Made by a program: the position numbers and the translations under genes
Origin: Longimicrobiales bacterium
Lineage (GTDB): Bacteria > Gemmatimonadota > Gemmatimonadetes > Longimicrobiales > Gaopeijiaceae
Direction: 5' to 3'
Length of the DNA: 64,000 nucleotides
Assembly: GCA_965248195.1 (NCBI GenBank)
Contig: CBDFIQ010000002.1
Location: 224,001-288,000 of the forward strand
Notes under the pieces: model-generated
Seen by the model: only the letters and a program-made list of their open reading frames with translations
Told to the model about the DNA's origin: nothing
The model's database searches: none
Part shown: one piece after another, positions 19,801-28,904 of the stretch
How the letters are laid out: every line of letters begins with the position of its first letter
How positions within the stretch are numbered: position 1 is the first letter of the stretch

Positions 19801-20706
19801 GTGAGCTTTTTTTTGGGCATCGACGGGGGAGGAACTCGCACCCGGGTGGCGCTCGCCGACGGAGAGGGCCGGGAATCCGCCCGCGCCGAGGGGCCGCCCA
19901 CGCTGATCGATCCCGCCGACCCGAAGGCGACCATCGGTGTGATCGTGGACCTGTGCCGCGAGGTGGCGGCAAAAGGCGGAGCGGATCTGCCGGTGGCGGG
20001 CCTTTGGGCGGGGATCGCAGGGGCAGGCACCGAGCCCATGAAGGGTGTCGTGGAAACGGCGCTTCGGGAGGCGGGGCTGTCGTCGCGCACGTCGGTGGGA
20101 GCCGACGCCGAGGCGACCTTTCACGACGCCTTCCCGTCCGGTCCCGGGATCTTGCTGATCTCGGGCACGGGATCCATCGCCCTGGCGAGGGGAGGCGATG
20201 GCTCGAGGGTTCGGGTGGGGGGGTGGGGTGTGCATCTGGGGGACGAGGGAAGCGGCTATCAAATCGGGATGGCCGCTCTACGAGCACTCACTCGGGGCGA
20301 GGACGGCCGTGGCGTGCCCACCAAGCTTCGGGATCCGGTCCTCGAGGCCTTGGGAGTGGCCGGTCCACCAGAGCTGATCAAGTGGACGGCAACGTCGCGG
20401 AAGGCCGACGTGGCTGCCCTGGTCCCACTCATCTGCGAGGTGGCGGAGGCCGGGGACCAAGCCGCCACGACTGTCATCGAGAAGGCAGTGGACGAACTCG
20501 TCGAGCATGTCCGGACGCTGGTGCGGCGCCTCGAACCCTGGCCGGCCACTCCCGAGGTTGCCCTCGCGGGGGGGCTGATCGAACAGGCCGGGCCGCTTCG
20601 GCTCCGAGTAATCCGGGCTTTCGAAGGACTCCCCTGCCGGCATCGAGATCGTGCCGTGGATGGCGCGAGGGGAGCCTGCTCGCTGGCGGCGGGCTTGTTC
20701 GCCTAA
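19801..20706 (+). CDS. BadF/BadG/BcrA/BcrD ATPase family amino-sugar kinase (GlcNAc/MurNAc kinase-like)
   Basis: 'GIDGGGTRT', 'ISGTGSI', 'VGGWG..LGDEGSG'; GTG at 19801 is in frame with ORF 19624. Confidence 0.85.
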   Translation: MSFFLGIDGGGTRTRVALADGEGRESARAEGPPTLIDPADPKATIGVIVDLCREVAAKGGADLPVAGLWAGIAGAGTEPMKGVVETALREAGLSSRTSVGADAEATFHDAFPSGPGILLISGTGSIALARGGDGSRVRVGGWGVHLGDEGSGYQIGMAALRALTRGEDGRGVPTKLRDPVLEALGVAGPPELIKWTATSRKADVAALVPLICEVAEAGDQAATTVIEKAVDELVEHVRTLVRRLEPWPATPEVALAGGLIEQAGPLRLRVIRAFEGLPCRHRDRAVDGARGACSLAAGLFA

Positions 20707-20722
20707 TCCACTACGTTCGGGT

Positions 20723-22024
20723 TCACGAGTTGGCCACGTACTCGTCAATCGCGTCGCGGAGCGACTTTAGGATCCACGCCCGCTTTCTGTCATCGGATTC
20801 GAGGAGCGTGGCGCGGAAGCCGTGGTGCTCGCACTGAAAGCCCGTCAGGGGGACTACCACGATGCCGGTGGCTCCCATCAGGTAGTAGACGAAGCGCTTA
20901 TCGGGCTCCACGCCCTCCGTCAATCGCTCGGTGGCTTCCCTGATCTTCGGATTCTCGATGCGCAGAGACTGACTGTCGTCGAGGAGCCCGTCCTTGAACA
21001 TGATCGTGTAGTAGAAGGCGCCCCCCGGTTTGTTGAAGACGATATGCTCGCAATCGGTGAACACGTCGCTCACCTCGTCAGCCCGTTCGGAGAACTGTTT
21101 CGCCCGAGCGTCGAGATGCCCGGGATAACGAGGGTCTCCCATGATGCGGGGGATGGACATCTGAGGGAGCGTCGTGGAGGACACTTCCAGGCGTTTCGCG
21201 GCGAGCAGGCTGTCCACATAATGTGCGAACTTGCTGTCCTTGTCCTTGTTGAGGATCTCCAGCCAGCCACAGCGCGCACCGGGCCACGGGAACTCCTTGC
21301 TGATCCCCCGCATCGCAATACCGGGCACGTCCCCGATCCATTCGCTCATGTGGAGGCGGCCTGTGCCGTTGTAAACGATGTTGGCGTAGATCTCGTCCGC
21401 GATCAAAAACACATCGTATTCATGGGCGATGGCCGCGATTTTCTCCACGATCTCGCGAGGGTAGACGGCCCCCGTCGGGTTGTCCGGCGTAAGCAGTAGA
21501 ATGCCGGCGATGGAATCGTTGTATTTGACCTTTTTTCGGATGTCATCGACATCCGGCATCCACCCGTTGTAGGGGTCCAGGTCGTAGGTCACGTGGCTGT
21601 ACCCGGAGTGGGCCGCTTCGGCCGAGGAGTGTGTGCTGTACGCCGGCGAGGGGCCCAGGATGCGGGCCTCACGGTTGAGGAAGCCGTAGACCTTCGCCAC
21701 GGCGTCGCCCAGACCGTTGAAGAACATGATCTCGTCCGGCGAAACCCGAACGCCGTCTCGCCCGTTGACCTCCTCCGCAAGGAATTCGCGGGTCTCGGGC
21801 ACACCCTGAGTATCGCAGTAGGCCCAGGACGGCCCCTCATGCACGAGGTCCGAGATCGTGTCACGGATCCATTTCGGGGGAACCTCTCCCTTCTGCACCG
21901 GATCTCCGATGTTCTCCCACGTGAGCTTCACGCCCAAGCGTTCGAGATCGTGGGCCGCCACGACGATCTCGCGGATTTCGTACTTGAGGTTCGCCGCGCC
22001 GTCGTGAAGCAGGTTTCTACGCAC
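20723..22024 (-). CDS. PLP-dependent aminotransferase class I/II (AlaA/AspC-like), last gene of the dap operon
   Basis: 'YEIR', 'ENIGDP', 'PDNPTG', 'ADEIY', 'GISKEFPWPGARCGW'; starts 6 nt after the dapD stop. Confidence 0.85.
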   Translation of the reverse strand: MRRNLLHDGAANLKYEIREIVVAAHDLERLGVKLTWENIGDPVQKGEVPPKWIRDTISDLVHEGPSWAYCDTQGVPETREFLAEEVNGRDGVRVSPDEIMFFNGLGDAVAKVYGFLNREARILGPSPAYSTHSSAEAAHSGYSHVTYDLDPYNGWMPDVDDIRKKVKYNDSIAGILLLTPDNPTGAVYPREIVEKIAAIAHEYDVFLIADEIYANIVYNGTGRLHMSEWIGDVPGIAMRGISKEFPWPGARCGWLEILNKDKDSKFAHYVDSLLAAKRLEVSSTTLPQMSIPRIMGDPRYPGHLDARAKQFSERADEVSDVFTDCEHIVFNKPGGAFYYTIMFKDGLLDDSQSLRIENPKIREATERLTEGVEPDKRFVYYLMGATGIVVVPLTGFQCEHHGFRATLLESDDRKRAWILKSLRDAIDEYVANS

Positions 22025-22030
22025 TGTGTA

Positions 22031-22963
22031 TTAGCGAAGCGCCTCTTCGAGCGCGGTGGCGGCGTCTGTCGAGGCGTCGCGGTATTTGACGATGATCGGA
22101 GCGTATAGATGGATCCCGTGTTCGTGGGCGAACGGCCCCGACGCCTCGCGCGCGCCGGGCACGACCACGGCTCCGGGGGGGATCGTGAGGGGTCGTCCGG
22201 GAGTGGCGCGGTAGGTCGCTGCCCGTACCAGATCGTACACCGTGGTCGACGAGGTGAGTTGGACACCCGGCGCCAGCACGGCCCGCTCTCCGACCAACGT
22301 CCCCTCGAATACGCCCACGTTACCACCGATCATTGCGTCGTCCTCCACGATCACCGGGCGAAGCCCCACCGGCTCCAGGACGCCACCGAGCTGCGCCCCG
22401 GCGCTCAGATGCACGCGCTCGCCCACCTGGGCGCACGATCCCACCAGGGCGTGGGAATCGATCATCGTGCCCTGGCCTACATACGCCCCGACGTTCACGA
22501 ATGCCGGCGGCATGATGATCACGTTCTTGCCGAGGAAGGCGCCGGAGCGGACCGACGTACCGCCCGGAACGAGGCGGATGTTCTCTTCGACGCCTCGGGT
22601 ATCCCGGAGAGGCAACGTGTCTTTGTCGAAATAGGGAGCTGAAGCGCCCGAGAACTCGCGGACCCGGCCAATGCGGAATGCGAGGAGAATCCCGACCTTG
22701 ACCCACTCCACGGCCTGCCATTCCTCGCCGACCTTCCGTGCCGAGCGCACCGCGCCCAGCGTGAGCGCGTCCATGAGGGCGTTGACCGCGGTCCGTGCCT
22801 CATCCGGGTCCGTGTCTCGCCCGTCCTGGGAGCAGCGAAGGATCCGAGCTTCGAGCTCCTTCAGATCTTCCTGCGTGCCCTGATTCCCCTCGGTGCCCGG
22901 ACCTCCTTGGCCGTCTGTGGCGCCGTCGGTCCCGGATTCGCTACGCACCCCTGCTCGGGTCAC
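22031..22963 (-). CDS. dapD: 2,3,4,5-tetrahydropyridine-2,6-dicarboxylate N-succinyltransferase
   Basis: 'WVKVGILLAFR', 'FVNVGAYV', 'VGSCAQVG', 'GGVLEP', hexapeptide repeats. Confidence 0.93.
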   Translation of the reverse strand: MTRAGVRSESGTDGATDGQGGPGTEGNQGTQEDLKELEARILRCSQDGRDTDPDEARTAVNALMDALTLGAVRSARKVGEEWQAVEWVKVGILLAFRIGRVREFSGASAPYFDKDTLPLRDTRGVEENIRLVPGGTSVRSGAFLGKNVIIMPPAFVNVGAYVGQGTMIDSHALVGSCAQVGERVHLSAGAQLGGVLEPVGLRPVIVEDDAMIGGNVGVFEGTLVGERAVLAPGVQLTSSTTVYDLVRAATYRATPGRPLTIPPGAVVVPGAREASGPFAHEHGIHLYAPIIVKYRDASTDAATALEEALR

Positions 22964-23865
22964 GTCGCGCCCTCTGCGTCAAACAGACCCGCGTCAGTAA
23001 GGGCACCCCGCAGGAAGGCCTCTACCTCGGACGTCGGCGGAACGAGCGGCAGGCGGTAATGGGCCTGCGCATGCCCCAAGATCTCGAGGGCGGCCTTGAC
23101 GGGGATCGGATTCGTTTCGACGAAGAGCGCATGCATCAAAGGCAGCAGCCTGTAGTGCACCTTCCGAGCTTCTTCGTAGTCCCCGCCGAGCGCTTTCTCC
23201 ACCATCTGAGACATCAAAGCCGGTGCCACGTTCGCCACCACGGAGATCACGCCGTCGCCACCTGCCGCGATGAGCGGAAAAGTGAGCCAGTCATCGCCGG
23301 AAAGAATGGTAAACCCGTCTGGGCGTTCCCGGATGAGCGTCATGATTTGTTTGAGATCGCCGGAGGCCTCCTTCACGCCCGCGATGTTTTCGATCTCCGC
23401 CAGAGCGAGCACGGTTTCAGGCAGCACGTTGGATGCCGTACGGCCTGGGACGTTGTAGATGATCACGGGACAGTCCACGGCACCCGCGACCGCCCGATAG
23501 TGCTCGATGAGTCCGCGCTGGGTGGGTTTGTTGTACGCGGGACTGACCGAGAGAATGCCGTCCGCGCCCGCCTCGTGCGCCGTGCGAGCCCTTCGCACTA
23601 CGTCAGCCGTATCGCTTCCGCCGGCTCCGGCAAAGACCGGCGCCCTCCCCTGGGCCGCCTCGACGGTCGTACTGATCACGAGTCGTTGCTCGTCGGCCGA
23701 TTGTGTCGCGCCCTCTCCCGTCGTGCCGCCGGGGACCATCACGCCGACACCGTTCCCAATCTGGAATTCCACGTGCTTTCGGAGGGCCTCCACGTCGATC
23801 GAGCCATCGTTGCGGAAGGGTGTGACCAGGGCCACGCCAGTGCCTGAAAACTGTGTGTTTTCCAT
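22960..23865 (-). CDS. dapA: 4-hydroxy-tetrahydrodipicolinate synthase
   Basis: 'ALVTPF', 'GTTGE', 'PAYNKP', 'YNVPGRT', 'GVKEASG', 'ETNPIPVK'. Confidence 0.96.
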   Translation of the reverse strand: MENTQFSGTGVALVTPFRNDGSIDVEALRKHVEFQIGNGVGVMVPGGTTGEGATQSADEQRLVISTTVEAAQGRAPVFAGAGGSDTADVVRRARTAHEAGADGILSVSPAYNKPTQRGLIEHYRAVAGAVDCPVIIYNVPGRTASNVLPETVLALAEIENIAGVKEASGDLKQIMTLIRERPDGFTILSGDDWLTFPLIAAGGDGVISVVANVAPALMSQMVEKALGGDYEEARKVHYRLLPLMHALFVETNPIPVKAALEILGHAQAHYRLPLVPPTSEVEAFLRGALTDAGLFDAEGAT

Positions 23866-23899
23866 GTTTCTAACGGATTAGAGGCCTGAGGCCTCTGCG

Positions 23900-24640
23900 T
23901 CAAGATGTGAACGTTTCGGCTAACATGTCGTCCAAAGTAAAAACGCCCGACCTCCCTTGAATCCACTCGGCCGCGGCGACCGCGCCTCTAGCGAACCCCG
24001 CTCGGGTCCGGGCCTCGTGGCGTAGCTCGATCCGATCGTCGGGTCCCTCCAGGCCGACGACGTGCGATCCCGCCGTTTCCCCGACCCGCTCACTGGCTAC
24101 ATAAAGAACCTGGGGATGCGGCGCACCGTCGGGTAGGGTGGCCGACCAACTCTCCTTCTGGGCCAACTCCTCGATGAGGATATCCGCGAGCGTAATGGCC
24201 GTTCCACTCGGGTGGTCGACCTTATGGCGATGGTGGGCCTCCCGGATGTGAACGTCGTACTCGCTCAGCGCGTCGGCCATTTTGGCGGCCATTCGGGCCA
24301 AGCGAAGAAAAAGGTTTACGCCCAGTGAGAAGTTGGCCGCGTGAACCATTCCGGTTCCGGCGCCGTTCACGGCCGCCGCCGCTTCGTCCAGGCGTTCGTG
24401 CCAGCCCGTCGTCCCCACTACCGCATCGACCCCGGCGGTTGCGAGCGCTGTGATATTGTCCACGGCGGCGTCCGGAACGGTGAACTCGATAGCCACGTCG
24501 GCACCCCCCAACGTTTCGGCGCCGAGGTCGCGGGTGTCCAGGACGGGATCAATCCTGGCGACCACCTCGTGCCCTCTTTCTATAGCCACGTTCTCGACGA
24601 CGCGACCCATTTTTCCGTATCCCACCAGCGCCAGCTTCAT
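23900..24640 (-). CDS. dapB: 4-hydroxy-tetrahydrodipicolinate reductase
   Basis: 'GYGKMG', 'VVGTTG', 'NFSLGVN', 'EAHHRHKVDHPSGTA', 'FARGA'. Confidence 0.96.
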   Translation of the reverse strand: MKLALVGYGKMGRVVENVAIERGHEVVARIDPVLDTRDLGAETLGGADVAIEFTVPDAAVDNITALATAGVDAVVGTTGWHERLDEAAAAVNGAGTGMVHAANFSLGVNLFLRLARMAAKMADALSEYDVHIREAHHRHKVDHPSGTAITLADILIEELAQKESWSATLPDGAPHPQVLYVASERVGETAGSHVVGLEGPDDRIELRHEARTRAGFARGAVAAAEWIQGRSGVFTLDDMLAETFTS

Positions 24641-26166
24641 CGCCGATCCCCCTCCTTCTCCTTTCCCTTCGACGCTTCCTTCTCGCTCGCCTCTTCCCCT
24701 CGTGCCTCGTCCTCCCGGGCCGCTTCCTTCAACTCGATGAGGGAGAGATGGAGTCGGCGCACAAGCTCCGGAGCCTCGGCCTCGTCGACCACGAAGCTGA
24801 TGCTGACATCGGAGGCCTGGGAGATCAGATAGACCGGCGTCTTCTCGACGGCCCAGAAGACGAGGGCATCCATCCCGGGCTCTCTGAGCATGCCTCGTCC
24901 GACCACTGTGACCGTGGCTACGTCCTTCACAACGTCCACCTCCGAGAAGACCGACAGCGCCCGTCGGACCTCGCTGAGATCCTCGTCCCGGTCTACGGTA
25001 AACACGGTGCTGCTATGGGAGGTGGCCACCAGATCGACGGGCACAGCGTGGCGGCCCAAGACACCGAAGACCCTCGCCAAAAAGCCGTATGCCAACGCCG
25101 TTGGGAACGCCCGGACGCGAATGAGGGTCACGTCGGCCTTGTGTGCGACGGCCGCGAAGGCTGCCGCCGCCCCCCGATCGGAGTGGACCAACGTACCCGA
25201 CCGCTCCGGCGCGAAGGAGTTCTTGATCCGGAGCGGCAGGTCGCTCGCGATGGCGTGCTTTGCGGCAGCCGGGTGAATGACGCGTGCTCCGAAATAGGAG
25301 AGCTCGACCACCTCTTCCGACCCGACGTCCGGGACCACCCTGGAATCTCCGACCAAGCGGGGATCTCCCGAGAGAATGCCGTCCACGTCGGTCCAGATGA
25401 CCACCTCGGGGGAGCCCAAGGCCGCGCCCAGCAGAGTTGCCGTGAAGTCGGATCCGCCCCTTCCAAGCGTTGTCGTCGCCCCGCTGGCTTCACTTCCGAT
25501 GAATCCTTGAACCACGGGTACGCAGCCGCCTTCCACGAGGGGAAGGATGTTGCTGGGGGCCAGCTTTCGGATGGACTCGAGGTCTGGTACGGCTGCGCCG
25601 AACTCCGAATTCGTCCAAACAACTTCTCTTGCGTTCAGGACGGCGGCTGGAATGCCTTCGGCTTTCAGGGCGGCCACGGTCAGCTCCACCGTCAGGTCCT
25701 CGCCGATGGCCATGAGCTGGTCCCCGAAACGTTCGGTCCCTTGGCCGGAGCCTTCGTTGAGAAGCCGGGTGGCCCCCTCGAAGATCTCATCGATGCGAGC
25801 CGCCACGGACGCGTGGGCAGCGTCTTCCTTCACGATCACATCGAGAGCTTCTAGATGCCTCTGCTTCATCGCCGCAAGAGTCGTCGATGGATCGGGCACT
25901 CCGGGCGCATCGTCGCCGGTGGTCGCAGCGTCCGCCAGCTGACTCAACTCGTTGCTGACGCCCGCCATGGCGGAAACGACGACCACGCAAGGGTCCCTCT
26001 CATCACGAATGATCGCTGCGAGGGCCTGGAGCCTTTCGGCGCCGTCCACGGAGGTTCCGCCGAACTTATGGACCCGCGGCATCACCACGGCGCTCCCGTC
26101 CGGTTCGCGCTCTCCGGGCGCTGTGCTGGCGCACACTTCGGTGAGGAGCGGTCGATCCGTCATCAC
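24637..26166 (-). CDS. lysC: Aspartate kinase
   Basis: 'HKFGGTSV', 'VVSAMAG', 'TTLGRGGSD', 'WTDVDG', C-terminal ACT-like region. Confidence 0.93.
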   Translation of the reverse strand: MMTDRPLLTEVCASTAPGEREPDGSAVVMPRVHKFGGTSVDGAERLQALAAIIRDERDPCVVVVSAMAGVSNELSQLADAATTGDDAPGVPDPSTTLAAMKQRHLEALDVIVKEDAAHASVAARIDEIFEGATRLLNEGSGQGTERFGDQLMAIGEDLTVELTVAALKAEGIPAAVLNAREVVWTNSEFGAAVPDLESIRKLAPSNILPLVEGGCVPVVQGFIGSEASGATTTLGRGGSDFTATLLGAALGSPEVVIWTDVDGILSGDPRLVGDSRVVPDVGSEEVVELSYFGARVIHPAAAKHAIASDLPLRIKNSFAPERSGTLVHSDRGAAAAFAAVAHKADVTLIRVRAFPTALAYGFLARVFGVLGRHAVPVDLVATSHSSTVFTVDRDEDLSEVRRALSVFSEVDVVKDVATVTVVGRGMLREPGMDALVFWAVEKTPVYLISQASDVSISFVVDEAEAPELVRRLHLSLIELKEAAREDEARGEEASEKEASKGKEKEGDRR

Positions 26167-27206
26167 CCGCTCCCGAGGACCCCCTGGGCGTGGCAGAGCT
26201 CGGCGTTGAGGAGTGCGGCCCCGGCCGCACCGCGGACGAGGTTGTGACTCAGCACGAAAAACTTGATATCCAAAACCTCACAGGGGCGGATCCGGCCGAC
26301 CGACACGGTCATTCCCTCGCCGAGGTCGCGGTCGAGACGCGGCTGTGGGCGGTCGTCTCCAGGCAAGACCACCAACAAGCGCTCGGGCGCGCTCGGGAGA
26401 TCACCACAGGCATCCGAACCGCGGTATTGCTCGAAGGCCGCGGTTACATCTTCGACCGACGGCTGGCCGGCCAGGGCCACCGACACGGCCATTAGATGGC
26501 CGTCCAGCACGGCAACCCTGGTGCAGGATGCGCTCACCGGGAAGGCCGCCGGCTCCAGGCCCTCCGGCGTGAGCGTCCCGAGAATCTTTTGCGGCTCACA
26601 GGTGAGCTTGTGCTCCTCTCCGCCGATGAAGGGGATGACGTTGTCCACGAGGCTCGCTGCGGGAGGGCCCGGCAGACCGGCTCCGGAGATCGCCTGGAAC
26701 GACGTCGTGACCACGCTCTCGACCCCAAAGATCTCGTGGAGAGGGGCCAGACCCACGGCGAGGCCGACCGCGGCGCAGTTGGGGTTGGTTACGAGGGCGC
26801 CGCTCCACGGCTGGCGGGCGACGAGGTCGAGGTGGTGGGCGTTGACCTCCGGGATGATCAGTGGGACCAGTTCTCCCATCCGATGCGCAGCGGCGTTACT
26901 GACCACCAGGTGCCCCGCCTCCGCCAGCTGGACTTCCAGCTCCTGAGCAGGTTCGGAGGGCAGTGCCGACAGCAGGATGGACGAGGTCCAAGGACCGTCG
27001 GGTGCTTGCAAACGGAGCTCCGCCGTCTCTGAAGAAAGCCCGTCCGCGCCGGCTCCTAAACGGTCGGCGAGGGTTCTCCCTGCTGAGGTCCCGGAACCAC
27101 AGACTTCGCCCAGGCGGAAACAGGGATGCTTCTCCAGTAACCGGATGAGCCTTTGGCCCACAGCGCCGGTTGCGCCGAGCACCCCAACATCAACACGATC
27201 GTCCAA
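26163..27206 (-). CDS. asd: Aspartate-semialdehyde dehydrogenase
   Basis: 'GATGAVG', 'IPEVN', 'TNPNC', 'QAISGAG', 'HNLVRGAAG'. Confidence 0.95.
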   Translation of the reverse strand: MDDRVDVGVLGATGAVGQRLIRLLEKHPCFRLGEVCGSGTSAGRTLADRLGAGADGLSSETAELRLQAPDGPWTSSILLSALPSEPAQELEVQLAEAGHLVVSNAAAHRMGELVPLIIPEVNAHHLDLVARQPWSGALVTNPNCAAVGLAVGLAPLHEIFGVESVVTTSFQAISGAGLPGPPAASLVDNVIPFIGGEEHKLTCEPQKILGTLTPEGLEPAAFPVSASCTRVAVLDGHLMAVSVALAGQPSVEDVTAAFEQYRGSDACGDLPSAPERLLVVLPGDDRPQPRLDRDLGEGMTVSVGRIRPCEVLDIKFFVLSHNLVRGAAGAALLNAELCHAQGVLGSG

Positions 27207-27351
27207 CTTCCTCTCGCTCCTCTACGGTAGGTATGCTTCTGAATACGCCAAAGCGACAGGCCCCCGCCTGGGCGAGGCGCCATTTCGGCACCTGCAAGCC
27301 GATGTAAGTCGTTGTCCTATGACAATTTGGCACGTTATGACCTTTCCTACA

Positions 27352-27367
27352 TGGCACGGCTTGTGCA
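27352..27367 (+). promoter_or_regulatory. Putative sigma54 (-24/-12) promoter of hsp20
   Basis: TGGCACGGCTTGTGCA = TGGCACG with GG-N10-GC spacing, 45 nt upstream of the ATG. Confidence 0.6.
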
Positions 27368-27412
27368 CCCTCTGAAGATGATTTCTAACCCACCAGCTCA
27401 AGGAGCGGTCCC

Positions 27413-27898
27413 ATGGCACTCGTGAGATATATACCAAAAACGACCTTCGCATCGTGGCCCGAACTCAACCTGTTTTCCAACCGCTTGTCCCGCGTTTTCG
27501 GTGACGTTTGGGATACACCAGAGCCCACCGGTGCTTGGATCCCTGCCGTAAATGTGGAAGAAGCCGCCGACGAGCTGCTGCTTACCGCAGAACTCCCGGG
27601 AATGCGTGAAGAGGACGTCAACGTCGATATAGAGAACAATATCCTAACCATCCGTGGGGAGAAGCGGGAGTCGCGCGAGGAGGGAGACGAAGGGCACAGG
27701 TACCACGTATGGGAGCGCCGGTATGGAAGCTTCCAGCGGGCCTTCACCCTGCCGAGTTCAGTCCAGGCCGATGCGATTCAGGCGGGCTTCGATGCCGGAA
27801 TTCTCACTGTGCGGATGCCGAAGGCCCCCGAGGCGAAGCCCGCACCATCGAGATCGCCGGGAAAAAGAAATAAGAATCAAGTAAAGAGAAGCAAATGA
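27413..27898 (+). CDS. Hsp20/alpha-crystallin small heat-shock protein (C-terminus apparently frameshifted)
   Basis: 'PAVNVEE', 'AELPG', 'ERRYGSFQRAFTLP', 'GILTVRMPK'; the canonical RTIEI tail lies in another frame (27841-27873). Confidence 0.92.
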   Translation: MALVRYIPKTTFASWPELNLFSNRLSRVFGDVWDTPEPTGAWIPAVNVEEAADELLLTAELPGMREEDVNVDIENNILTIRGEKRESREEGDEGHRYHVWERRYGSFQRAFTLPSSVQADAIQAGFDAGILTVRMPKAPEAKPAPSRSPGKRNKNQVKRSK

Positions 27899-27984
27899 AG
27901 CACAGAAGGAGGTAGTGGGCTCGGTCGGGTCCGAGCCCCTACGTCCGTTCTCCGCCCGCCCGGGTCTCGACGCGACGCGGTCGG

Positions 27985-28773
27985 CTATGCGATCAACTCG
28001 TGGAGAGCCTCCTTCATGGCTGGCGAGTTGGCCCCGATGATCGTTCCGGAGGAGAGTCGCAGTGCGCCCCCTTCGACCCGGCCCACCACACCACCGGCTT
28101 CTTCGACGATCACCCATCCCGCCGCGAAGTCCCATGGGTTCAAGAAAAGCTCCCAGAAGGCGTCGAACCGTCCCTCGGCCAGATAGCAAAGATCGATGGC
28201 GGCCGCCCCACCGCGGCGGACGCCGCCGGTGCCGCTGAGTACGCGGACGAGCTGGGCGGAGTGTTCCTCGAGGAGATGTTCCGTCTTGAAAGGAAATCCC
28301 GTCCCGATCAGCGCACGCCGAGTCCCCTCGACTTGGGACACCTCGATGGACGCGCCATTCTTCCAGGCGCCGTGGCCCCGGGCCGCCCACCAGCGTTCCC
28401 CCGTGGGTGCGCATGAAACGGCTCCGACCACCGGAATCCCGTCCATCGCCAACGCCACGGAAGAGGCATGCATCGGATGGCCATGCAGAAAATTCGTGGT
28501 CCCGTCGAGTGGATCGATGATCCAGGCCGGCCCCGAGGGCGGTGTGGCGTCCGGATCCCCGTCGTGGCTTTCCTCCGCTACGATCGTGTGGTCCGGATGG
28601 CTCTCACGGATGACTGCGACGCAGGCCTCCTGGGCGGCGAGGTCCGTCGCCGACACATAGTCGGCTCGGCCTTTTTCTCGGGCGTCGGCGATCCCCACCG
28701 CGGTGGCTTGCTCCTTGTGCACGGCCGCGGCCGCGTCGGCAGCTCTTCGGGCCGTGTCGAGCGGGCTGTTCAA
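27985..28773 (-). CDS. suhB: Inositol monophosphatase family protein
   Basis: 'WIIDPLDGTTNFLHG', 'TGFPF', 'GAAAIDLCY', 'PWDFAAG'. Confidence 0.92.
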   Translation of the reverse strand: MNSPLDTARRAADAAAAVHKEQATAVGIADAREKGRADYVSATDLAAQEACVAVIRESHPDHTIVAEESHDGDPDATPPSGPAWIIDPLDGTTNFLHGHPMHASSVALAMDGIPVVGAVSCAPTGERWWAARGHGAWKNGASIEVSQVEGTRRALIGTGFPFKTEHLLEEHSAQLVRVLSGTGGVRRGGAAAIDLCYLAEGRFDAFWELFLNPWDFAAGWVIVEEAGGVVGRVEGGALRLSSGTIIGANSPAMKEALHELIA

Positions 28774-28904
28774 GGAACACAGCCGTCAAGCGCGGAGCTG
28801 AGAAGATTCGTCATCGCCCGAGGGTAGCGGATCGGCCCACCTGCGTCGACTCAGGCTTGGACCGGGAACATTCACATCGTCTCAGGCGGCAGGTAAGTTA
28901 CTCG

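Noticed and set aside
27207..27412. Lysine riboswitch ahead of the asd-lysC-dap operon
   Set aside because: Intergenic region is about 200 bp, shared with the divergent hsp20 promoter, and shows no recognisable L-box features
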